From an uncultured Woeseiaceae bacterium (GTDB taxonomy: Bacteria > Pseudomonadota > Gammaproteobacteria > Steroidobacterales > Woeseiaceae): a stretch of 34,529 bases of DNA. The DNA lies in NCBI GenBank assembly GCA_964439125.1, contig CAYTNO010000001.1, forward strand, positions 1-34,529, written 5' to 3'. A program made the position numbers and the translations under genes. Below are positions 18,411-27,789 of this stretch, one piece after another. Numbering within the stretch: position 1 is the stretch's first letter; every line of letters begins with the position of its first letter. The notes beneath the pieces are model-generated. The model searched no databases. It worked only from the letters and a program-made list of their open reading frames with translations, and was not told the origin of the DNA.

Positions 18411-18478
18411 TTAGTTAGTTGGAATAATTTCTGTTTGCTAAGATGGCGCGCTCTCACCAGGCCGCCTAAGCCCTCCCG

Positions 18479-20641
18479 ATGGACGTCACGCCGATCCTCG
18501 AATCTCTTAACGACGCTCAGCGTCAAGCCGTCACTGCGGCCGCGGAACCCATGTTGGTCATCGCTGGCGCCGGCAGTGGCAAGACGCGTGTGCTTGTTCA
18601 TCGCGCAGCATGGCTGATCGATGTCGAAGGCATCTCGCCGCATAGCTTGCTGGCCGTGACCTTTACCAACAAAGCTGCCGCAGAAATGCGCGGTCGCATC
18701 GAGGCTCTGCTCGGCACGCCGGTTGGCCACCTGTGGATAGGCACGTTTCACGGGCTTGCACATCGCCTGCTGCGCCGGCACTGGCGCGAAGCGGAGCTAC
18801 CGCAGAATTTTCAGATCATCGACTCGGATGACCAGCTTCGGCTAATCAAACGCCTGCTGCGCGGCATGGATGTCGATGACAGCCTCTGGGTACCCCGGGA
18901 AATTCAATATTTCATTAACGCGCAAAAGGACGAGGGCCTGCGACCGAAGCATCTCGATGACGAGGGCGACCCGAATCGACGCCAGATGATTGCTTTTTAC
19001 CAAGGCTATGAAGAGGTTTGTCAGCGCGGCGGGCTGGTCGATTTCGCAGAGCTGTTACTGCGCGCCCACGAGCTTTGGCGCGATAACGCCGAACTGCTGG
19101 CGCACTATCGACGTCGCTTCGCACATCTGCTCGTCGACGAATTTCAGGACACGAACGCCATTCAATACGCCTGGCTGCGGTTACTCGCGGGAGACAAGGG
19201 CGTGCCCTTTGTTGTCGGTGACGACGACCAGTCTATCTATCGCTGGCGCGGTGCCCGAGTTGAGCATATTCATCGCTTCCAAAAGGACTTTCCATCCGCC
19301 TCGCTGGTCAAGCTCGAGCAAAACTACCGTTCCACAGCGACGATTCTGAATGCGGCCAACGCCGTTATTGCGAACAACAGTTCACGCCTTGGCAAGAATC
19401 TCTGGACCGAAGGTGCCGACGGCGAACCGATTCGCGTCTACTCCGCTTACAACGAACGTGATGAAGCGGATTTTATAGTCGGTCGCCTGCGCGACTGGAT
19501 AGCCCAAGGCAACCTGCGTGCCGACTCGGCCATACTGTATCGATCAAACGCACAATCTCGCGTTCTTGAAGAGGGCCTGATCAACGCTCGCATACCGTAT
19601 CGCGTTTACGGCGGCCTGCGTTTTTTCGAGCGAGCCGAAATCAAGGATGCGCTTGCGTATCTCCGGCTGATTTCAAACCGCGATGACGATTCGTCTTTTG
19701 AGCGCGTCGTCAACCGTCCGACTCGCGGCATCGGTGCCCGCACAGTTGAGATAATGAGGTCCTACGCGCGTGCCAACAGCTGTTCGATGTGGCGCGCGGC
19801 AGGGGCAATCGGCAGCGACGAACTCAATAGCCGCGCCGCGAATGCCGTACTCGCATTTTTGAACCTGATCGAAAAAATGGCGCGGGACGTTGCCGAGCTA
19901 GGTCTACAGGAAAAAGTTGATCACGTTATCTACGCCAGCGGCCTGGTGGATCTGTTCAAGAAGGAAAAGGGCGAAAAAGGCGAAACACGTGTCGAGAACC
20001 TGCTCGAGCTCATCAGCGCGGCGAAAGGTTTTGAGCGAGACCCTGCAGAGGAAATGTCGGAGCTGGACGAGTTCCTGTCGCATGCGGCACTCGAAGCCGG
20101 CGAGGGTCAGGCGGATGCGTGGGAAGACTGTGTGCAACTAATGACGATGCACTCCGCTAAAGGTCTCGAATTCCCGCTGGTATTTCTGTCGGGCATGGAA
20201 GACGGGCTATTCCCCCACCAGCGCTCCATCGCTGACCCTAGCGGCCTCGAGGAAGAGCGACGCCTCTGCTATGTAGGAATTACCCGCGCCAAGCAATTGC
20301 TGTACATCACCCATGCCGACCAGCGTCGTTTGCACGGTATGGACAATTTTTCTCAACCGTCTCGCTTTATTTCCGAGATACCGGATGAGTTCGTCGAAGA
20401 GGTTCGCCCGCGCGTACAGGTCTCAAGGCCGATGCGCTCTGCATCCCGGCGCAGCGTCAAATCGACGGCTGGCAACGAGCTTGGCATCCGGCTTGGGCAG
20501 AGGGTGCGGCACGCCAAGTTTGGCGAGGGCGTCATCCTCAATTGCGAAGGCCAGGGCGCGCACGCGCGCGTCGAGGTTAATTTTGAGACGGCCGGCACAA
20601 AATGGCTTGTTCTGAGCTATGCGAATCTCGATCTGATGTAA
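18479..20641 (+). CDS. uvrD: DNA helicase II
   Basis: 720 aa. Contains LNDAQRQAV, Walker A AGAGSGKT, DEFQDTN, VGDDDQSIYRWRGA and YRSN, plus a C-terminal RVRHAKFGEGVI domain. Confidence 0.95.
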   Translation: MDVTPILESLNDAQRQAVTAAAEPMLVIAGAGSGKTRVLVHRAAWLIDVEGISPHSLLAVTFTNKAAAEMRGRIEALLGTPVGHLWIGTFHGLAHRLLRRHWREAELPQNFQIIDSDDQLRLIKRLLRGMDVDDSLWVPREIQYFINAQKDEGLRPKHLDDEGDPNRRQMIAFYQGYEEVCQRGGLVDFAELLLRAHELWRDNAELLAHYRRRFAHLLVDEFQDTNAIQYAWLRLLAGDKGVPFVVGDDDQSIYRWRGARVEHIHRFQKDFPSASLVKLEQNYRSTATILNAANAVIANNSSRLGKNLWTEGADGEPIRVYSAYNERDEADFIVGRLRDWIAQGNLRADSAILYRSNAQSRVLEEGLINARIPYRVYGGLRFFERAEIKDALAYLRLISNRDDDSSFERVVNRPTRGIGARTVEIMRSYARANSCSMWRAAGAIGSDELNSRAANAVLAFLNLIEKMARDVAELGLQEKVDHVIYASGLVDLFKKEKGEKGETRVENLLELISAAKGFERDPAEEMSELDEFLSHAALEAGEGQADAWEDCVQLMTMHSAKGLEFPLVFLSGMEDGLFPHQRSIADPSGLEEERRLCYVGITRAKQLLYITHADQRRLHGMDNFSQPSRFISEIPDEFVEEVRPRVQVSRPMRSASRRSVKSTAGNELGIRLGQRVRHAKFGEGVILNCEGQGAHARVEVNFETAGTKWLVLSYANLDLM

Positions 20642-20690
20642 ACTATCGCCGTCAGCGTGGTTGGCTGCGCTGTGAGGCTTGATAAGAACA

Positions 20691-22067
20691 ATGAAAATTC
20701 TCATTCTCGGCGCAGGCCAGGTTGGTTCATCAGCGGCGTATCACTTGTCGCGCGAAGAGGCCAACGAAGTCACGGTCGTCGACAGACGCTCCGACGTCTT
20801 GCGCGAACTGCAGGATCGTCTGGATATTCGCACCGTAGTTGGCCACGCCGCATATCCCGAAGTTCTCAATCGTGCAGGTGCCAACGATGCGGACATCGTT
20901 GTGGCGCTAACCGACTCCGATGAAACGAACATGATCGCGTGCCAGGTGGCTTACACCTTATTTCATACCCCGACCAAGATCGCTCGCATTCGCTCTGCCG
21001 ACTACATGAATTCCAAAGACCTGTTCACGCAAGACGCCATTCCCCTCGATGTGCGTATCAGCCCCGAACAGCTGGTTTGTGAATACGTCGAACAACTGAT
21101 TCTTTTTCCGGGCGCGTCACAGGTACTCGATTTCGCTGATGGCAGAGTCCGGCTGGTCGGCGTGCGGGCAGACAGGGACGGGCTTCTCGTCGGCCAGCGC
21201 ATCGCTACCTTGAAGGAACACATTCCCAACTCCGAGGCTCGTATCGCGGCCATTTATCGCAAGGGCAAGTCGATTGTTCCGGATGGAGACACCGTGATCC
21301 AGGAAGGCGATGCGGTCTTTTTTATCGCCGATCGTAAAGACATTCGCGTCTTCATGAGTGAGATGCGTCGGCTTGAAGACCCGGTGCGCCGCGTTGTCAT
21401 TGCCGGGGGCGGAAATATTGGCGTGCGTCTCGCACTCGCGCTCGAGCAAACTAACCAGGTTAAGATCATCGAGCGCGACCCAAAGCGTGCCCGGCACATT
21501 TCCGAGCGACTCAACAAGGCGATCGTTCTGGTTGGTGATGCCGCGGACGAAGAGTTACTGCTGGAAGAAAATATCGACAATGTTGATGTCTTCTGCGGAC
21601 TGACCAATTCCGAAGAGGCCAACATTCTCAGTTCCATGCTTGCCAAACGTCTTGGCGCCAACAAGGTGATGGCGCTGATCAACAGGGCATCGTATGTGGA
21701 TCTCGTCGAGGCCAGCACGATCGACGTTGCCATTTCGCCCCAACAGGTGACTATCGGGTCGTTGCTTGCCCACGTCCGCCGCGGCGATGTTGTCAAAGTG
21801 CATTCTCTGCGTCGCGGCGCTGCGGAAGCCATTGAGGCTATCGCACACGGCACCGCGGACGAGTCCAGGGTTGTCGGCCGCAAACTCGAGGATATCGATT
21901 TGCCGAAGGGCGCCTCAATCGTCACGCTGGTACGTAATGGCCAGGTCATCATTGCGCACCATGACACCGTTATCGAAACGGATGACCATGTCATTCTCTT
22001 CCTGACCGATCGACGCAAGATCGAAAACCTGGAAAATCTGTTCCAGGTTGGCGTTTCTTTCGTCTAG
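20691..22067 (+). CDS. trkA: Trk potassium-uptake system NAD-binding protein
   Basis: 458 aa from the ATG at 20691 (MKILILGAGQVGSS). A second Rossmann repeat (VVIAGGGNIGVRLA). This is the tandem RCK architecture. Confidence 0.93.
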   Translation: MKILILGAGQVGSSAAYHLSREEANEVTVVDRRSDVLRELQDRLDIRTVVGHAAYPEVLNRAGANDADIVVALTDSDETNMIACQVAYTLFHTPTKIARIRSADYMNSKDLFTQDAIPLDVRISPEQLVCEYVEQLILFPGASQVLDFADGRVRLVGVRADRDGLLVGQRIATLKEHIPNSEARIAAIYRKGKSIVPDGDTVIQEGDAVFFIADRKDIRVFMSEMRRLEDPVRRVVIAGGGNIGVRLALALEQTNQVKIIERDPKRARHISERLNKAIVLVGDAADEELLLEENIDNVDVFCGLTNSEEANILSSMLAKRLGANKVMALINRASYVDLVEASTIDVAISPQQVTIGSLLAHVRRGDVVKVHSLRRGAAEAIEAIAHGTADESRVVGRKLEDIDLPKGASIVTLVRNGQVIIAHHDTVIETDDHVILFLTDRRKIENLENLFQVGVSFV

Positions 22068-22082
22068 GGTCCAGAACAGCTA

Positions 22083-23534
22083 ATGAACTGGACGGTAGTA
22101 CAACGAATCCTCGGCCTGCTACTGATGATGTTCAGCCTCACGATGCTGCCGCCGATCGTTATCAGCATTATTTTTGCCGAACCATCCTGGCTGCCTTTTG
22201 CTGAGGGTTTTGGGCTAACGCTGGGTGCCGGTCTGATTTGCTGGTTACCCGTGCATCGCTCGCGCAAGGACCTTCGATTGCGTGATGGCTTCCTCGTCGT
22301 TGCTGCATTCTGGACGGTACTGGGCACGTTCGGTGCCGCACCGCTGTACTTCGCCGACTCAATAACAATGTCGTTTACGGATGCCGTGTTTGAGTCGATG
22401 TCCGGGCTGACGACAACCGGAGCCACGGTTTTGACTGGCCTCGATGAATTACCCAAGTCGATTCTTTACTATCGCCAGCAATTGCAGTGGCTAGGCGGTA
22501 TGGGAATTATCGTTTTAGCGGTTGCTGTATTGCCGATGCTCGGCGTCGGTGGCATGCAGCTGTATCGGGCAGAAACGCCGGGGCCGGTCAAGGATACAAA
22601 ACTTACACCGCGCATTACTGAAACTGCCAAGGCGCTGTGGTATGTCTACCTGGCCTTTACGATTGCCTGTGCGGCAAGCTACCTGGCCGCGGGCATGGGT
22701 TGGTTCGACGCGCTGTGCCATGCGTTTTCTACCGTCGCGATCGGTGGCTTCTCGACCCACGACATGAGCATGGCGTATTTCGATAGCACCGCTATCGATA
22801 TTGTGGCCATCGTTTTTATGTTTGCCGCGGGCATCAATTTTTCTTTGCACTTTTATGCATGGCGTTACGTTTCGGTCAAGCACTATTCGCAGGACACGGA
22901 GTTCCGCGCGTATGCGGCCATTCTGCTCGTACTATCGGTGCTGGTCATCATGGGGCTGTTTCGTCACCAGGTTTACGCATCGCCCGGCGATACTATTATC
23001 AACGGTCTGTTCCAGGCCGTATCGATCGCAACGACAACGGGCTTTACGACGGCAGACTATGCGAGCTGGCCCGCGGCATTGCCAGTCGCCCTGATTTTCG
23101 CAAGTTTCATCGGCGGTTGTGCCGGCTCGACTGCGGGTGGCCTCAAGGTTATTCGCGTTCTTTTGATCTACAAACAGGGCGTTCGTGAAATCAAACGCCT
23201 CATTCATCCAAGCGCCGAAATCCCTGTCAAACTGGGCACCAAAGCGGTTCAGTTCAGGGTTGTTGACGCGGTCTGGGGTTTCTTTTCTGTCTACATCGTC
23301 GTGTTCGTTGTCCTGATGATGGCAATGATGTTGACCGGGCTGGATCAGGTCTCGGCATTCTCGGCCGTCGCTGCGACCCTGAACAACCTCGGGCCAGGGC
23401 TCGGCGATGTTTCCTCCGGCTTCATGTCACTGACTGATGCAGGAAAATGGACCGCCGTTGCCGGCATGCTACTTGGCCGGCTGGAGATATTTACCTTGCT
23501 CGTACTTATTACGCCGACATTCTGGCGTCATTGA
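22083..23534 (+). CDS. trkH: Trk potassium-uptake system membrane protein
   Basis: 483 aa polytopic protein with selectivity-filter-like MSGLTTTGATV, STVAIGGFST and IATTTGFTTAD. Lies immediately downstream of trkA. Confidence 0.93.
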   Translation: MNWTVVQRILGLLLMMFSLTMLPPIVISIIFAEPSWLPFAEGFGLTLGAGLICWLPVHRSRKDLRLRDGFLVVAAFWTVLGTFGAAPLYFADSITMSFTDAVFESMSGLTTTGATVLTGLDELPKSILYYRQQLQWLGGMGIIVLAVAVLPMLGVGGMQLYRAETPGPVKDTKLTPRITETAKALWYVYLAFTIACAASYLAAGMGWFDALCHAFSTVAIGGFSTHDMSMAYFDSTAIDIVAIVFMFAAGINFSLHFYAWRYVSVKHYSQDTEFRAYAAILLVLSVLVIMGLFRHQVYASPGDTIINGLFQAVSIATTTGFTTADYASWPAALPVALIFASFIGGCAGSTAGGLKVIRVLLIYKQGVREIKRLIHPSAEIPVKLGTKAVQFRVVDAVWGFFSVYIVVFVVLMMAMMLTGLDQVSAFSAVAATLNNLGPGLGDVSSGFMSLTDAGKWTAVAGMLLGRLEIFTLLVLITPTFWRH

Positions 23535-23544
23535 GACGCTGCGA

Positions 23545-24063
23545 TTGAGCGACTCGGCACCTCGTACAGACCGGAATCTGTTCGATCGAATCAGCAGCAT
23601 TAGCGGGCGCGCAATATCCTGGATGACTCTTTTCATGGTTGTCATCACGGCGATCATCGTCGTGATGCGCTATGTATTCGACGCCGGGTCTATCTGGATG
23701 CAGGAGCTGGTCATCTGGATGCACGCCGCCGTGTTCATGGTCGGTGCTGCGTACACATTGCTTCATGAAGAGCACGTTCGCGTCGATATTTTCTATCGGA
23801 AGATGAGTCCTCGTGGTCGGGCGCTGGTCGACCTGCTCGGTGTCACGATTTTTCTGCTGCCATTGTGCGGCTTTCTTGCCTTCAAATCGTATGACTTCGC
23901 CGCGGCATCATGGTCTGTCCATGAGATATCCCGCGAACCCGGCGGCTTGCCCTATCCGGCGATCCCCGCGATGAAGTCCATCGTCATCCTGATGCCTGTC
24001 GCGGTCGCCCTGCAAGGCATTTCACTCATGCTGCGTTCGTTGGCAGCCCTACGGAATAAATAG
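23545..24063 (+). CDS. TRAP transporter small permease (DctQ/FcbT2-type)
   Basis: Four-TM protein (LFDRISSISGRAISWMTLFMVVITAIIVVMRYVF...). The stop lies 2 nt before the dctM-like ATG. The true start is uncertain: a TTG at 23545 or a CTG at 23539, just after the trkH stop. The track start at 23437 lies inside trkH. Confidence 0.72.
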   Translation: MSDSAPRTDRNLFDRISSISGRAISWMTLFMVVITAIIVVMRYVFDAGSIWMQELVIWMHAAVFMVGAAYTLLHEEHVRVDIFYRKMSPRGRALVDLLGVTIFLLPLCGFLAFKSYDFAAASWSVHEISREPGGLPYPAIPAMKSIVILMPVAVALQGISLMLRSLAALRNK

Positions 24064-24065
24064 CG

Positions 24066-25439
24066 ATGGAGTGGGTCGCTCTACTTTTGTTCCTCTCCGT
24101 TGTCATCGTCTTGCTCGCGGGTTTTCCGGTTGCATTCACATTGGGTGGCACGGCGCTGGCGTTTGCGGGTATCGGCGCACTGACGGGCGATTTTAACCAG
24201 GCGCTATTGTCGGGTTTGCCCAATCGGATTTTCGGCATCATGAATAATGAGACGCTCATTGCGGTGCCGCTGTTTGTTTTCATGGGCGTCACGCTGGAGC
24301 GAGCGCGAATTGCCGAGGAGCTGCTCGAAACGCTAAGTGGACTATTCGGCTCTTTACGTGGCGGCCTCGGCATTTCAGTGACAGTGGTTGGCATGTTGCT
24401 TGCGGCAAGCACGGGCATTGTTGGCGCAACCGTTGTCACAATGGGTCTGTTGTCGCTTCCCACAATGCTCCGTCGTGGCTACTCCGCTGAGATTTCTGCC
24501 GGCACGATCTGCGCTTCGGGCACGTTAGGCCAAATTATTCCGCCATCGATCATCCTTGTCATGCTCGGTGACGTGATGACGTCGGCGTATCAGCAGGCGC
24601 AGCTTGAAATGGGCGTCTTCTCGCCAAAAACGGTTTCGGTCGGTGACCTTTTTGCCGGCGCACTGATCCCTGGTTTGTTGCTCGTTTTCCTGTACATCGT
24701 CTACATCGTCGTTGTCGCTTTCCTGCGGCCAGACATCATGCCGGCGCACGAGCGGGAGCCAGGAGAAAGCATCGGCTTTCAGCAGATACTGGGTGCACTG
24801 CTGCCCCCACTAACGCTGATTTTCGCTGTGCTCGGTTCGATCCTCCTGGGCGTTGCCACGCCGACCGAGGCAGCCGGCGTGGGCGCGATGGGTGCATTGG
24901 TTCTTGCCGCGTTGCGTCGCCAGATAAATCTCGCGCGGCTGCAACAGATCATGCGAAGCACGCTCAGGATCAGCAGCATGGTGTTCCTGATTCTGATCGG
25001 TGCATCGATCTTCTCTCTCGTATTTCGCGGTTACGGCGGCGACGATGGTGTGCGCGCAATACTTGGGTCTCTTCCCGGCGGTGTCGTTGGCGCTGTTATC
25101 GTTGTAATGCTTGTGATGTTCCTGCTTGGCTTCGTCCTCGACTTCATAGAAATCACGTTTGTCGTCGTACCGATCGTCGGGCCCGTGTTACTGGCAATGG
25201 GTCTCGACCCGGTCTGGCTCGGCATTATGATAGCGATAAATCTGCAGACCTCGTTCCTGACGCCGCCTTTCGGTTTTGCGTTGTTTTATTTGCGTGGCGT
25301 CGCGCCGCCCGAAGTTACGACAGCACAGATTTATCGCGGCGTGATCCCCTTCGTGGCGATTCAGCTTTTTGCATTGCTGATGCTTAGCCTTTTTCCGGAT
25401 CTGGTTACCTGGCTACCAAACAAGATCTACGGTAGCTAA
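24066..25439 (+). CDS. TRAP transporter large permease (DctM/FcbT3-type)
   Basis: 457 aa polytopic protein with typical DctM-family blocks (IAVPLFVFMG, GQIIPPSI, TPTEAAGVGA, TPPFGFALFYL). Confidence 0.92.
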   Translation: MEWVALLLFLSVVIVLLAGFPVAFTLGGTALAFAGIGALTGDFNQALLSGLPNRIFGIMNNETLIAVPLFVFMGVTLERARIAEELLETLSGLFGSLRGGLGISVTVVGMLLAASTGIVGATVVTMGLLSLPTMLRRGYSAEISAGTICASGTLGQIIPPSIILVMLGDVMTSAYQQAQLEMGVFSPKTVSVGDLFAGALIPGLLLVFLYIVYIVVVAFLRPDIMPAHEREPGESIGFQQILGALLPPLTLIFAVLGSILLGVATPTEAAGVGAMGALVLAALRRQINLARLQQIMRSTLRISSMVFLILIGASIFSLVFRGYGGDDGVRAILGSLPGGVVGAVIVVMLVMFLLGFVLDFIEITFVVVPIVGPVLLAMGLDPVWLGIMIAINLQTSFLTPPFGFALFYLRGVAPPEVTTAQIYRGVIPFVAIQLFALLMLSLFPDLVTWLPNKIYGS

Positions 25440-25460
25440 CACGTTCGAAATTGAGCCTGA

Positions 25461-26555
25461 TTACAAATCGCGTGTCTTCAGGTTAGCCCATTCTGTGGTG
25501 CGCTGGTTCTCTGTCGACTTTTCGAGGAACGCGTAATAGGAGTTTGCGATTTTTCTCCATGCTGGATCGACCGCAGAGATTTCGTCGACAATGTCCTTCG
25601 TATGCGACTTCAGCAAGCGCAAGACCTCATCGGGATATGGGCGCACTTCCACGTCCGGATCGTCCATGAGCTGTTGCAAGGCGATTGCGTTGCCATGAGT
25701 GTATTCCGCCATCATGTCCGTGGTGATCGACTGGCAGGTTATTTCGACTATCGCCTGTAGGTCCGGCGGCAGCGACGCCCAGGCGGTCGCGTTGATCATC
25801 AGCTCCAGTCCCGCGCCCGGTTCCTGCCAACCCGGGTAGTAATAGTACTTCGCTGCTTTATGCAGTCCAAAGGCAATGTCGTTGTAGGCGCCGACCCACT
25901 CGGCCGCGTCGATCGTACCGGTTTTCAGGGAGGTAAATACTTCGGCGCCGGGCATGGCTATCGGTGTGCCGCCCGCGCGCTTGATGACCTCGCCCCCAAG
26001 CCCCGGAATGCGCATTTTCAGTCCCTTGAGATCGTCAATGGAGTTAATTTCCCGGTTAAACCAGCCACCCATTTGCACGCCGGTATTGCCACACGGAAAC
26101 GGCACGATGTTGAAAGGCGCGTAGAGTTCCTGCCACAGCTCCAGACCACCGCCGTAATGTAGCCATCCGCTGAGCTCGAGGTGACTCATGCCAAAAGGCA
26201 CTGCCGTAAAGAACTGCGCGGCGGCAATCTTGCCCTTGTGGTAATACGATGCGTCGTTGCCCAACTCTACCGTGCCACGACTCACTGCATCGAAACACTC
26301 GAATGCGGGAACGAGCTCGCCACCGCCGTAGACCTTGATTTTGAGACGACCGCTCGACGCTGCCTCGACGCGCTCTGCGAAGTTATCCACAGCGATGCCC
26401 AGCCCCGGAAACTTGGGCGGCCAGGATGTAACGCACGACCACTCAAAGGTCTCTGCGGGCTGACCGAGGCCTTTTTCACACTCAACGCTTTCCGGGCTGC
26501 ACGCCGTAACTCCAGCGGCCGCAGCAAGGCCGCCTACGAATTGTCTTCTTTTCAT
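25461..26555 (-). CDS. TRAP transporter substrate-binding protein (FcbT1/COG4663-like) with a twin-arginine signal
   Basis: 364 aa. The N-terminus is MKRRQFVGGLAAAAGVTAC. Family-typical blocks include WPPKFPGLG, NDASYYHKGK, GNTGVQMGGWF and AAEWVGAYND. It is convergent with the Q/M genes. Confidence 0.9.
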   Translation of the reverse strand: MKRRQFVGGLAAAAGVTACSPESVECEKGLGQPAETFEWSCVTSWPPKFPGLGIAVDNFAERVEAASSGRLKIKVYGGGELVPAFECFDAVSRGTVELGNDASYYHKGKIAAAQFFTAVPFGMSHLELSGWLHYGGGLELWQELYAPFNIVPFPCGNTGVQMGGWFNREINSIDDLKGLKMRIPGLGGEVIKRAGGTPIAMPGAEVFTSLKTGTIDAAEWVGAYNDIAFGLHKAAKYYYYPGWQEPGAGLELMINATAWASLPPDLQAIVEITCQSITTDMMAEYTHGNAIALQQLMDDPDVEVRPYPDEVLRLLKSHTKDIVDEISAVDPAWRKIANSYYAFLEKSTENQRTTEWANLKTRDL

Positions 26556-26764
26556 TGCGGTTCCTGTTGACTGCGCTCAAGTGTATTGGCTGTCGCGCGT
26601 TAAGCCAATGTCACCCTTGCGCCTGCACCTTGCCCCACGTCGCGATCGAAATGCACAGAAGATCGCCCACAAAAACCCACTAATGCATCATCTCTATATG
26701 GGTGGGGCAAATACTATACTTTCGTCAATTTAATTGCCCAGCCGTGGTGTTTTAGTACAAATTA

Positions 26765-26788
26765 GGCCCCGATCGGTTGATCGGGGCC
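26765..26788. other. Perfect 10-bp GC-rich hairpin (GGCCCCGATC-ggtt-GATCGGGGCC) in the long intergenic region
   Basis: Read directly from the sequence. On the minus strand it is followed by TAATTTGT (terminator-like). On the plus strand it is not followed by a T-tract. Its function is unknown. Confidence 0.5.
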
Positions 26789-27004
26789 CGTTCCGTCCTT
26801 GGTCCGGCCAGAGGGGCGGCGCCCCGGATCGGCCGTCCATGGCTTGATCCTGTGGCGGAGCTCGCCCTGACCACGCTGGAGAAACCCCACCCACTGGCCG
26901 GTCCGGTGACATTGGCAGCTTTCGCTCGCCACTATGGCTTTCATATCTCGTTGATGCCTTAATAAAGGCGTCGACTGCCGGGTTTTTAAGGAAATCACCA
27001 ACAA

Positions 27005-27442
27005 ATGATTGGACTGCTGCAACGAGTGACGCAAGCCAGCGTCAGCGTGGATGGAGCGCTGATCGGCCAGATCGGGCGTGGGCTGCTCGTGCTCGTGGCG
27101 GTGCATCGGGACGATGTTAGCGCCGATATCCAGCGCCTCGCGGACAGGATTCTTGGCTACCGGGTGTTTCCCGACGCCGACGACCGCATGAACCGCAGCC
27201 TCGTCGACGAAAATCTGGGGCTGCTGCTGGTTCCGCAGTTCACCCTGGCTGCAGACACGAAGAAGGGCACACGCGCGAGCTTCACCAGGGCGGCGGCGCC
27301 GGAAATGGGCGCAGCGTTTTTCGAACGCCTGGTGGACATATGCAAAAAGCGACTCGATAGCGTTGAAACAGGGCGTTTTGGTGCCAATATGAAGGTTACG
27401 CTCACCAACGATGGTCCAGTGACGTTTTGGCTTGAAACCTGA
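27005..27442 (+). CDS. dtd: D-aminoacyl-tRNA deacylase
   Basis: 145 aa. MIGLLQRVTQASVSVDG...GLLVLVAV and the C-terminal NMKVTLTNDGPVTFWLE are characteristic of Dtd. Confidence 0.93.
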   Translation: MIGLLQRVTQASVSVDGALIGQIGRGLLVLVAVHRDDVSADIQRLADRILGYRVFPDADDRMNRSLVDENLGLLLVPQFTLAADTKKGTRASFTRAAAPEMGAAFFERLVDICKKRLDSVETGRFGANMKVTLTNDGPVTFWLET

Positions 27443-27544
27443 TCAGAGGTATTGCGGTGTGACGCCGACACGGTATTGTGCGGTCTTTGGCGCTATTATT
27501 AACCACGAAGAATCACTACGGGGCGAGGCCCCAGGAGTTAAAAG

Positions 27545-27778
27545 ATGTTATCCAACATCGGCCCGGTTCAACTGCTGATCGTGCTTGCCATCGTACTCGC
27601 CATTTTTGGTACGAAACGTTTGCGCACGCTGGGCTCCGATCTCGGCAGCGCTGTAAAGGGATTTCGCTCGGCAGTGAATGACGCCGAAGCCACGACCGAG
27701 CAACTTTCGGAGTCATCGGACAAAGACGCTGACTTTGACAATACGCCGGTTGACGAGACCCACGACCGCAAATCCTGA
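27545..27778 (+). CDS. tatA: Twin-arginine translocase subunit TatA
   Basis: 77 aa. TM helix followed by [29 protein letters not shown]. Confidence 0.9.
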   Translation: MLSNIGPVQLLIVLAIVLAIFGTKRLRTLGSDLGSAVKGFRSAVNDAEATTEQLSESSDKDADFDNTPVDETHDRKS

Positions 27779-27789
27779 GTCGCTCTGAT

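Noticed and set aside
18431-18446. LexA/SOS-box-like sequence CTGTTTGCTAAGATGG upstream of uvrD.
   Set aside because: The right half is ATGG rather than ACAG, so it has two mismatches in the invariant CTGT-N8-ACAG core. That is not enough to call an SOS box.
21254-22018. 254-aa minus-strand ORF antisense to trkA (also 1015..1740 antisense to spoT, 17709..18311 antisense to the OMP gene, and 29715..30290 antisense to the POT gene).
   Set aside because: All lie inside confidently assigned genes on the other strand. They have low-complexity Ser/Arg-rich translations and no RBS or motif support.
26777-26962. 61-aa plus-strand ORF in the long intergenic region (…VAELALTTLEKPHPLAGPVTLAAFARHYGFHISLMP), with a vaguely HTH-like ending.
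   Set aside because: It has a TTG start inside the perfect hairpin, no RBS and no recognisable family. The first half is Arg/Gly/Pro-rich, typical of non-coding GC-rich DNA. It could be a gene remnant, but I cannot support a CDS call.
26556-27004. Tested by eye for tRNA, tmRNA, 4.5S/SRP RNA, RNase P RNA, 6S RNA, and TPP and cobalamin riboswitches.
   Set aside because: The invariant elements are absent on both strands. These include the GGTTCGAATCC T-loop, the SRP GGAAGCAGCC motif, the RNase P GGAAAGTCCGGGC motif, the TPP CTGAGA...ACCTGATCTGG motif and the B12 box.
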